A stretch of DNA of 12,068 nucleotides from Octopus sinensis (Eukaryota), in NCBI RefSeq assembly GCF_006345805.1, contig NW_021826687.1, positions 1 to 12,068 of the forward strand, read 5' to 3'. This document shows positions 1-8,219 of the stretch, piece by piece (positions within the stretch are counted from its first letter, which is position 1; every line of letters begins with the position of its first letter). The position numbers were made by a program, and so were the translations under genes. The notes beneath the pieces are model-generated. The model did not search any database. It was given only the letters and a program-made list of their open reading frames with translations, and was not told where the DNA came from.

Positions 1-19
1 TGTGTATGTGGTGTGTACG

Positions 20-43
20 GATAGATAGATAGACAGACATACG

Positions 44-75
<32 letters not shown>

Positions 76-86
76 TACAGACAGAC

Positions 87-130
<44 letters not shown>

Positions 131-132
131 GA

Positions 133-181
<49 letters not shown>

Positions 182-199
182 CAGAGAGATAAGATAGAT
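20..199. repeat. (GATA)n/(GACA)n tetranucleotide microsatellite
   Basis: Directly visible runs of GATA and GACA units. Confidence 0.95.
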
Positions 200-273
200 A
201 TTGAAGGAAATGCAAAGCAAAACCAAAGCAGGACGAGTATCTTAGGTCATTTTGTTTTTGTTTCCCATCCTAC

Positions 274-318
274 CTTGGTTCTGATCCCAGGCTCCAGCCT
301 CAGTTGTGATCTTAGAAC
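274..318 (-). other. Candidate 45-nt internal exon (unverified)
   Basis: Minus strand reads ttgtcatcctttag|GTTCTAAG...AACCAAG|gtagga. The length is a multiple of 3 and two frames are open (VLRSQLRLEPGIRTK; SKITTEAGAWDQNQ). It lies in unique sequence between repeats. No homology recognised. Confidence 0.25.
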
Positions 319-436
319 CTAAAGGATGACAAATTACACCACTTACGCAGCGTACCTATTAGTTTAGATCACCAGTGAATTAACTCCTCATATTCTTTAT
401 ATATGTGTATGTATGTGTGTGGTGTGTGGTGTGTGT

Positions 437-685
437 GGAGGCGCGTGACTTAGTGTTAAGGTGCAGGATTTATACTTATAAGATTGTGGTTTCGATTCCT
501 GGACCGGGTGGTGTGTTGTGTTCCCTGAGCAAAACAACTTCATTTAGGTTGTTCCAGTCCACTCAGCTGGCAAAATGAGTAATCCTGGAACGGATCGGTA
601 TCCTGTTCGGGAGGAGAATTATGCCCCATTGAAAACGGAAAACTGGCCCTTATGAGCCTGGCATGGTTTCAAAAGGAAACATTTC
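437..685 (+). mobile_element. tRNA-derived SINE, family A (CORE-like central motif), full length
   Basis: Starts GGAGGCGCGTG, with a degenerate A box (TGACTTAGTG, 446-455) and a B box GGTTTCGATTCC (488-499). These are followed by CTGAGCAAAACAACTTCATTT and CCAGTCCACTCAGCTGGC. It aligns by eye over its whole length with the minus-strand copy at 10949-11218 and sits inside a TA/TG microsatellite. Confidence 0.85.
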
Positions 686-698
686 ATATATATATATC

Positions 699-764
<66 letters not shown>

Positions 765-770
765 TGTATA
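686..770. repeat. (TA)n(TG)n microsatellite
   Basis: Direct reading. Confidence 0.95.
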
Positions 771-914
771 TTCAGATATATTTATTCAGATATATATATA
801 AATTCCCCAACTTGTTATTGTATATAATCATATATAACTCACTCTGTTAGTGTAAAACTGGGATGTGAATTATACAAAATCAAAGCTAAGGTTATGAATG
901 GATGAATATTTCTA

Positions 915-984
915 CCAAGATTTCACACTAAATTACGGATGCGTGTTATACAGGAGTGCAGCTTATAGGCAGACAAATACGCTA
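915..984. mobile_element. Possible degraded right end of a pogo/Tigger-like DNA transposon or MITE
   Basis: GGATGCGTGTTATACAGGAGTGCAGCTTATAGGCAGACAAATACGCTA resembles the tandem GTGCGTCTTATA subterminal motifs and the ...AAATACGGTA end typical of pogo-like elements. A weak inverted counterpart lies at ~830-863 (TTAGTGTAAAACTGGG vs CCAAGATTTCACACTAA). Confidence 0.3.
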
Positions 985-1109
985 CTATGTTTCATAGTAA
1001 TTGACCTGAGTGAACTCTCCTTTGAAATCGTGGATATCAACTCATATTTAACGAGAGAGGGCCAACAATCATTTACATGTAATTGTGGATTTTACCCTCA
1101 TAATCACTC

Positions 1110-1131
1110 ACAGACACACATATGTGAGCGT

Positions 1132-1176
<45 letters not shown>
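1110..1176. repeat. (CA)n/(TA)n/(TG)n microsatellite
   Basis: Direct reading. Confidence 0.9.
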
Positions 1177-1177
<1 letters not shown>

Positions 1178-1375
1178 AATGTATCTACACACACCTAACA
1201 GGCTAGCAATATCGTCTTGATGCAATCTGACTAACGACGCCTATCTATTGGAGCCACCATTGAAAATAACTCAGTGTCGTAAAAGGAAAACCTATGACCA
1301 TATCATATTATAAGGTTATCTGTAGGAAACCAGCTATATACGCGCCATTTCGATAAAAAAAATAATATTACATAA

Positions 1376-1481
1376 GTACATATATATGTATATATATATA
1401 TATACATATATATAATATATATAGATCTATATTATATATATATAATTATACATATTATATATATGTGTGTTGTGTGTATGT

Positions 1482-1526
<45 letters not shown>

Positions 1527-1585
1527 GATATGCATATTTATATATATATATATGTTTGTATATATATATGTATATATGTATATAT

Positions 1586-1626
<41 letters not shown>

Positions 1627-1705
1627 TATATATAATATATTTACATACATGCATGCATACTCATAGCTGCATATATGTAAATGTATGTAGTATGTAAGTG
1701 TGTAT
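1376..1705. repeat. Imperfect (TA)n/(TATG)n microsatellite tract
   Basis: Direct reading. Confidence 0.95.
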
Positions 1706-2013
1706 AGAAGGATTGATGGATGGATGTGTGGAGAGGGTATTGTATAGCTCAAAAGATAAACCCGAAGCAATGCAATGGCGTACAACACCACAGTGAATAT
1801 TCAGAGAGCATACACCTACCTACAGTAAAGATATTTACTCAATCAAATAGATTACATCTTTCGAGAAAGAAGAAGAAGGAAAAAAAGATTTTCCTTCTAC
1901 TGGTTTTCTTACTCAATAATTTGCTTTGAGACTGTAAGCATTTCTACGAAAACGCAGACGTGAATATGTCTCGTTATGTGCGCGAACGCGTGTTGTACGT
2001 ACGTGAGTATGTG

Positions 2014-2193
2014 TGTGAAGTAGAGAGATTAATACATAAATAGATAGACACAGATAGACAGAAAGAGATAGATGGAGAGATAGATACACAGATATAGGGA
2101 AAGCGACAGATAGACAGCGAGGCAGAGAGAGCGAGACAGACAGAGAAGAACTTAGAGAGAGCGAGACAGACAGAGAAGAACGTAGAGAGAGCG
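2014..2193. repeat. GA-rich (GATA/GACA/GAGA) tract with a 30-bp tandem unit x2.3
   Basis: AGAGAGAGCGAGACAGACAGAGAAGAAC(T/G)T at 2124-2153 and 2154-2183, plus a partial copy to 2193. Confidence 0.9.
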
Positions 2194-2249
2194 TATAAGA
2201 GCGTGTTGTGTTCGGCACAATTTTTCTCTTATTTCTTTGTAATTCCCAG

Positions 2250-2332
2250 AGTGAATGCAATACGAAATTTTGGGGTGATGAAGTGAATGATGACGAATAT
2301 ATATGGCTGCAATTCAACATTTATCTACGCTT
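2250..2332 (+). other. Candidate 83-nt exon (unverified)
   Basis: Acceptor tttttctcttatttctttgtaattcccag| and donor |gtaagtat. One frame is fully open (SECNTKFWGDEVNDDEYIWLQFNIYLR). Alternatively, an ATG at 2303 gives MAAIQHLSTL up to the donor. No homology recognised. Confidence 0.35.
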
Positions 2333-2337
2333 GTAAG

Positions 2338-3112
2338 TATATATATATATATACACGTAAGTCTGACACATGCATTTATGTTCAAACCGACGTATATACG
2401 TACGTCTAAATTTACTATTATGTAATCGGGCGTATACACATACATATATGTGTGTGTGTGTGCGTGTGTATGTGTGTATGTATGTGTGTGGTTGTGCTTG
2501 CGCGCGTAGCTATGTGTATTTTTGCATGCATACGTGCATACATTCATGTGTACATACATTCATATATACATACATACACAACACACACATGTATGTATAG
2601 ACATATTTGTATGCGTATAGACTGATATATATATGTATAATATTATATATATATAATAATATATATATATTATAATTATTATGCACTTTATATGTTGCAT
2701 ATCATCCATTATATATACACTCATATATATATACTACATACACATATATATACGTATATGATTTACATACATATATATAAATATATATGTATATATGTAT
2801 GTATATATTTATACATACATACATGCACATATGTATATATATATATATACATATATATGTGTGTTATATATATATATATATATATATATATGCAGCCGTT
2901 CATTCGCGCATACACACTTACAGACATACATATACAGATCAATGCATAGATAACCTGGGAAATGTACAACAGACAGGCAGGCAATCAGAAAGGCATGCAA
3001 TGTAGCAGACGGAGTCAATGTAGATAGGGAAATTAATTACTTGAGTTTATATATATATATATATATGTATGTAAGTATAGTATATGTATATATACATGTA
3101 TATATATGTATA

Positions 3113-3149
<37 letters not shown>

Positions 3150-3500
3150 ATATACATATGCATCCGTACATGTATATATATATATATATATACTTATATA
3201 TTTTATCATATATATACATACAAACATATATATATACATATATATATAAATATAATTATATATACATATATATATATATTGATATATGTATATACCCACA
3301 TAAATATGAATGTGCATATGTATATGTAAAGATAAATGCATGTATACATATATGTACCCATTTATATATAACTACATATAAATATATACACATATCTTTG
3401 CACATATGTATAGATACCCGCACATATCTATGCCTATATGTATACACCCCTACCTACAAATATGTGCAACAAGAGTGTGTGCATGTGTTCGTGTGTATAT
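2338..3500. repeat. Long compound (TA)n/(TG)n/(CA)n/(TACA)n microsatellite region
   Basis: Direct reading. This region is the source of the I/Y-rich pseudo-ORFs. Confidence 0.95.
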
Positions 3501-3501
3501 G

Positions 3502-3632
3502 TGCGCAGGCGCAGCAAATTCGAGAAGGGGAAACAGGCAAGTAGCGCTTAGACGAAAATCAGAATTGTATTCGTGCTACATATAGCGTTCATATCGACGG
3601 TGACAGAAATGGCGGCCGTTGCTCGTGTCTCG
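3502..3632 (+). promoter_or_regulatory. CpG-rich promoter-like patch with NRF1-type and YY1-type motifs
   Basis: 13 CpGs counted in ~130 bp. TGCGCAGGCGCA (3502-3513) matches the NRF1/erect-wing consensus. AAATGGCGGC (3607-3616) matches the YY1/Pho consensus and overlaps an ATG with A at -3 and G at +4. Confidence 0.35.
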
Positions 3633-3671
3633 TACTCCAAATCCAGATATGATACCAGTACATATATACTC

Positions 3672-4076
3672 TTTACTCTTTTACTTGTTTCAGTCATTTG
3701 ACTGCGGCAATGCTGGAGCACCGCCTTTACTCGAGCAACTCGACCCCGGAACTTATTCTTTGTAAGCCCAGTACTTATTCTATCGGTCTCTTTTTTGCCG
3801 AACCGCTAAGTGACGGGGACGTAAACATACCAGCATCGGTTGTCAAGCAATGCTAAGGGGACAAAAAAAGACACACAAACACACACATACATATACATAT
3901 ATATACATATATACGACAGGCTTCTTTCAGTTTCCGTCTACCAAATCCACTCACAAGGCAATGGTCGGCCCGGTGCTATAGCAGAAGACACTTGCCCAAG
4001 ACGCCACGCAGTGGAACTGAACCCGGAACCATGTGGTTGGTTAGCAAGCTACTTACCACACAGCCACTCCTGCACC
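3672..4076 (-). mobile_element. tRNA-derived CORE-like SINE, family C (similar to octopus OR-type SINEs), full length
   Basis: The minus strand starts GGTGCAGGAG, with A box TGGCTGTGTGG, B box GGTTCAGTTCC and CORE-like TTGGGCAAGTGTCTTCT. It has an internal TA/TG microsatellite and an (AAGAGT/AGTAAA)-type tail. Candidate 7-bp TSD TATACTC at 3665-3671 and 4077-4083. The family name is from memory. Confidence 0.85.
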
Positions 4077-4364
4077 TATACTCCAAGATAATTTAACGCT
4101 GACGCTCCAGCCGAAACTGACATTTTCCAACTCAGTGTGTACCAATAACCATATTATTTTATGTATCCTACTTTTGTAAGTTTTTACATCGATTTGAATG
4201 TGTTTTATCTGTTACTTTTGAAGACAGAATAACTGAATAGATTATCCATCAAAATATATCAGTCGCATACGAAAATTTTCCAGCGGTGATGGTGGTATTC
4301 CTAGATGCATATTTCTCCCTGCTGAGCTTCGTCAATAGCAATTCTTGCCTGTTACTGACCTATT

Positions 4365-4823
4365 TATACATCATCTCGAAAGAGTCCAGAAGCTGGCTAC
4401 CCGCATGGTTCTTGGTCTCAAGCATTTGTCTTATGAAGAAAGGCTGAAGACGCTCGACCATTATTCTCTCGAAAAACGACGACGCCGTGGTGATCTCATC
4501 CTCGCTCACAACATCATAAACGGAAAGTGTAACCTCTCGAAAGAGCTGTTCTTCACTCCTGCTCCAGAGCGTCGGCTGCGGGATCACTCCGAAAAGCTCT
4601 ATCAACGACGATTTCAGCTCAATTGAAGGAGAGGGGCTTTCTCCGTCCGGTTTGCGGATCCGTGGAATAAGCTGCCGGGCGAGATAGTGAAGATGCCGCT
4701 CGGTTCAAAGTTTCTCTTGACCAGAAATGGCCTGAACTCTTTGTATGACCACCCTCCTTGTACATAACTCCCTGTCTCCCTACATGGCCTTGCTTTTGCT
4801 TTTTGAGCCAATAAAAATTGAAA
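4365..4823 (+). pseudogene. 5'-truncated CR1-group LINE: ORF2 C-terminus plus 3' UTR
   Basis: HHLERVQKLATRMVLGLKHLSYEERLKTLDHYSLEKRRRRGDLI matches the CR1/L2 post-RT motif. There is a premature TGA at 4624-4626, after which the frame continues RRGAFSVRFADPWNKLPGEIVKMP. After a frameshift near 4699 it reads RFKVSLDQKWPELFV* (stop 4746-4748). AATAAA at 4810-4815. Confidence 0.85.
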
Positions 4824-5320
4824 ATATTTTTCAGTTCTTTTTAAAACTGCGTGTGTATCAGACACACAATCTCAGAATGACTACCGCATTTGATCTAACT
4901 TTACATAATGTATCTGCTTTATGTATGACATACATGGTGCTATTTTAAACTAATAATTTTTCTGACGAATTCTTATTCAGCTGTCCGTTTAACTGCAACA
5001 CCTGTGATTTGCCAATCATTATTTCACTATATCAGAAACGAGGTAATTTGTCTTGAATATGATTGCTCGTGGATACAGGCTACTGACGAATCGCAAATAG
5101 GCAAACATCCGATTTCATCTGCTACTAATATATATTCGTGTTATTCACAATTATACGTCTGAAAAAGATATCTCAGCACGACTATCGTAGTTATTTGAGT
5201 TTTCCATAATGTGTCTGCGTTAAGTATGATACGCAGTTTGCTATATGTGCGTGTGTTCTCGTGCGTGTATGCATGTGTCTGTGTGTGTCAGTGCTCATGT
5301 GTATGTGCGTGTGTAAGAGT

Positions 5321-5361
5321 GCGTGTGTCTTTGCGTCTGTGTTTGTCTCCCATCGCTTGAC
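5321..5361 (+). mobile_element. Internal fragment of SINE family C (sense orientation), preceded by a TG-rich tract
   Basis: GTGTGTCTTTGCGTCTGTGTTTGTCTCCCATCGCTTGAC aligns with the reverse complement of 3841-3886. Confidence 0.55.
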
Positions 5362-5362
5362 C

Positions 5363-5447
5363 AAGACACTTGGACAAGGTGCTTCGCAGTGGGACCGAAC
5401 CCGGAAGCATGTGGTTACGAAGCAAGCTTCTTACCATGCAGTCACGC
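5363..5447 (-). mobile_element. 5' head fragment of SINE family C
   Basis: AAGACACTTGGACAAGGTGCTTCGCAGTGGGACCGAACCCGGAAGCATGTGGTT... aligns with 3986-4070. Confidence 0.8.
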
Positions 5448-5718
5448 TTTGTGCATGTTAATAAATAGATTAGTGTGTATTAACGTATAGTAAACAACGA
5501 TTAGTGTGTATCTTCTAGACTAATGAATGTATTACAGTATAATGATAAATGCATTAGTGTATATAGTAATGCATAGTATTATATATAAGTTCAGCAAAAT
5601 TTAGATTCAAATGAATATGGTACTTAAGTTAGATGCACCAGAATTTTGTATGGTATTATCCATATAAATCCATGGGGTGATTACAATCAAAATAAGCAAC
5701 AAAATATCTTCGGTAATT

Positions 5719-5802
5719 TGGAACGATCGTTTCACGCTACATCATTTTATTAAATGTTGTAAGTATTACAACAGTTATAAAATGCTGAGCAATCATCAGC
5801 CA
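5719..5802 (-). ncRNA. Minimal type I hammerhead ribozyme motif (minus-strand copy, GUU site)
   Basis: Minus strand reads UGG-CUGAUGA (5799-5793), long stem II, GAAA (5733-5730), C-GAUC-G, UU, CCA. Predicted cleavage is between 5722 and 5721. Confidence 0.6.
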
Positions 5803-5879
5803 TTAATAGAGGTTTTCCATTAATACATGATTTCCATAAATACATAATACATTATGTATTAATGGAAAACCTCTATTAA

Positions 5880-5963
5880 TGGCTGATGATTGCTCAGCAT
5901 TTTAAAACTGTTGTAATACTTACAACATTTAATAAAATGAAGTAGCGTGAAACGATCGTACCA
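5880..5963 (+). ncRNA. Minimal type I hammerhead ribozyme motif (plus-strand copy, GUA site)
   Basis: Stem I is UGG (5880-82)/CCA (5961-63), followed by CUGAUGA (5883-89). Stem II comprises UGCU/AGCG, CAUUUUA/UAAAAUG and UGUUGUAA-UAC-UUACAACA. GAAA is at 5949-52. Stem III is AC-GAUC-GU with a palindromic loop. Predicted cleavage is after A5960. The U.U at the base of stem II is non-canonical. Confidence 0.65.
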
Positions 5964-6051
5964 AATTACCGAAGTTATTCTTGTTGCTTATTTTGAGTAT
6001 ATATATATATTATAATTTATCTAGTTTCAGCTCACGAGCTGTGGCCATGTA

Positions 6052-6151
6052 TAGAAATAGCAGCCAAAGAATCTAGCTATTTCTTCTTCTGTGTCTGGGA
6101 GTTGTTTCTTTCAGTAGAAGAAATAGCTAGATTCTTTGGCTGCTATTTCTA
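6052..6151. repeat. Perfect 36-bp inverted repeat with 28-nt spacer; arms internally palindromic
   Basis: 6052-6087 is the exact reverse complement of 6116-6151. AGAAATAGC/GCTATTTCT occurs four times in alternating orientation. Confidence 0.95.
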
Positions 6152-6289
6152 AAGTTCTGTGTGTGGTGAAGCAAATTCTTTTGCCTAACCGTTATTATAA
6201 TAAATATTGTTTAAGTTTACCGATAATGGTCTTTTACATATCGAATCACTACTTGGTGGAATATTAATTATATTATTAATTAATTACTC

Positions 6290-6315
6290 TTTATATATAT
6301 ATATATATTATATAT

Positions 6316-6347
<32 letters not shown>

Positions 6348-6440
6348 ATATAATATATATATATCTATATGTATATGTATATATATGCATATATATATAT
6401 ATATATTTGTATATATTAGTGTATATGTAAGTGTATAATG
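6290..6440. repeat. (TA)n microsatellite
   Basis: Direct reading. Confidence 0.95.
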
Positions 6441-7208
6441 ATAAATATAATAAATATATTGGTTTGTACGGGTGACAAACCTTCATGTCAGAAATTCAGT
6501 CAAAATAATTTTTCATTTAAAATTTTCATGCGAAATACTCCAGTAATTAACTTTCTTTAATTACTAAAATAATTAGCTTTCCAAGAGAAAAAGCACCAGT
6601 AAATTTTTATCGTTTGAACTCCAGTCTATCACCAAGTAAGCAAGGCATTAAGGACCTCTGTCACTGAGGTCGTCTCGCTTATTCGCTACTTTAATATCGC
6701 TGTTTATTACTGGTGTTGGTCTTTCAACTGTTAGGTATGATCGTTATTTTTTGCCTCTCCTGTTACAACGATCTCTGTAACCACAGATGCAGCTGCTGTG
6801 GTTACTACAGTTATTAAAGCTGTCATTACCGTCATCTGTCGTCGTAATATTACATCTGTCATGACCGGCGATGCAGATGTGTTCACGTAAATCTAATGGC
6901 CTGCTGGCTTTTATTTTCTTCTTTTAAAAATCCTGCAATTATTCTTGGTTTTATTGTCATTGCTGTTGTTTGCCTCCTCCTCCTCATTGGTCATGAGCTC
7001 ATATTAAATAGAGACCTTTGACTAAAGACTTCTCACCCGTGGCCATCCAGCCGTTATGTATTTCATGGACTATGCTGTCCCATAAATCTTTCCGTATTGA
7101 AGATACCGTGATTTGATTTGAAAGAGATTTAGCTCTTTCATGAGAGATGTTGACTAGTTGTTGATTAGACCTTAGTTGAGCCATCATAAACCGTGTCTAT
7201 GCTCAACA

Positions 7209-7318
7209 GCCGACGTACACTTGGCCCTTTATTGTATTAGGGTCGATAGTGTAAAGTACTACTCCTGTGCTGGCCCACTGCTCCTGAGATTGCTGGCGTT
7301 GAGCAAAAGTTTGGAACA
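7209..7318 (+). mobile_element. Old, diverged 3' part of an (ATT)n-tailed SINE (family E)
   Basis: AGGGTCGATAG..AAAGTAC and GAGATTGCTGGCGTTGAGCAAAAGTTTGGAACAATTATT resemble GAAATTGCTGGCCTTGTGCCAAAATTTGAAACCATTATT at 8587-8625. Confidence 0.55.
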
Positions 7319-7389
<71 letters not shown>

Positions 7390-7391
7390 TA

Positions 7392-7571
7392 GGCGGCGAG
7401 CTGGCAGAATCGTTAGCACGCTGGACGAAATGCTTAGCGGTATTTCGTCTGTCTTTACATTCTGAGTTCAAATTCCGCCGGTCGGTAAATAAAGTACCAG
7501 TTTCGTACTTGGGTCGAACTAATCGACAGCCCCCCCCTCAAATTACAGGCCTTTTGCCTGTAGTAGAAAAG
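7392..7571 (+). mobile_element. tRNA-derived SINE family E (similar to octopus OK-type), internally deleted copy
   Basis: GGCGGCGAGCTGGCAGAATCGTTAGCA head, B box GAGTTCAAATTCC and (ATT)n tail. It lacks the ~30-nt CTTTCATCCTTTCGGG segment present in the next two copies. Confidence 0.88.
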
Positions 7572-7649
7572 ATTATTATTATTATTGATATTGTTGTTGT
7601 TGTTGTTGTTATTATTATTATTAATATTACTATTATTATTATAATAATA

Positions 7650-7709
<60 letters not shown>

Positions 7710-7731
7710 TATTATATTATTATTATTATTA

Positions 7732-7771
<40 letters not shown>

Positions 7772-7810
7772 TATTATTATCATTATCATTATTATCATTA
7801 TTTTTATTAA

Positions 7811-8027
7811 GGCGGCGAGCGGGCAGAATCGTTAACACGCTGAAACGAAATGCTTAGCGGTATTTCGTCTGTCTTTACATTCTGGGTTCAAATTCCGCCG
7901 AGGTTGAATTTGTCTTTCATCCTTTCGGGGTCCATAAATAAAGTACCAGTTGCTTACTTGGGTCGAACTAATCGACAGCCCCCCCCCCCCCCGCTCGAAT
8001 TACAGGCCTTTTGCCTCTAGTAGAAAA
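7811..8027 (+). mobile_element. tRNA-derived SINE family E, full length
   Basis: Same head, B box GGGTTCAAATTCC, central CTTTCATCCTTTCGGGGTC and (ATT)n tail. Confidence 0.9.
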
Positions 8028-8083
<56 letters not shown>

Positions 8084-8124
8084 TATTAATTATTATTATC
8101 TTATTATTATTATTATCATTATCA

Positions 8125-8159
<35 letters not shown>

Positions 8160-8219
8160 TATTACTGTTATTATTATTATTATTATTATTATTTATTATT
8201 ATTTTATTATTATTATTAA

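Larger units (their letters stand above)
5687..5996. mobile_element. Long inverted repeat; probable inverted pseudo-LTR pair of a Penelope-like element
   Basis: Arms 5687-5828 and 5854-5996 differ by 4 substitutions and 1 indel (~96-97% identical). Each arm contains a minimal hammerhead motif with AATAAA inside stem II. Hammerhead-bearing pLTRs, including inverted ones, are known Penelope-like features. No RT or GIY-YIG ORF is present here. Confidence 0.65.

Noticed and set aside
898-1206. 102-aa ORF MDEYFYQD...
   Set aside because: It spans a putative transposon end and a microsatellite, with no recognisable domain.
1341-1350. CGCGCCATTT (reverse YY1 core)
   Set aside because: An isolated short match without CpG enrichment or partner motifs.
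2314-3544. Many I/Y/C/V-rich ORFs
   Set aside because: They are translations of (TA)n/(TG)n/(CA)n microsatellites.
4962-5050. CTGACGA...GAAACGAGGTA as a hammerhead
   Set aside because: No credible stem I or stem II pairing.
5083-5120. CTGACGA-ATCG...CGAT as a hammerhead
   Set aside because: No GAAA follows the putative stem II.
6999-7187. 62-aa minus-strand ORF MMAQLRSN...
   Set aside because: No recognisable motif, no good splice context, and the length is expected by chance.
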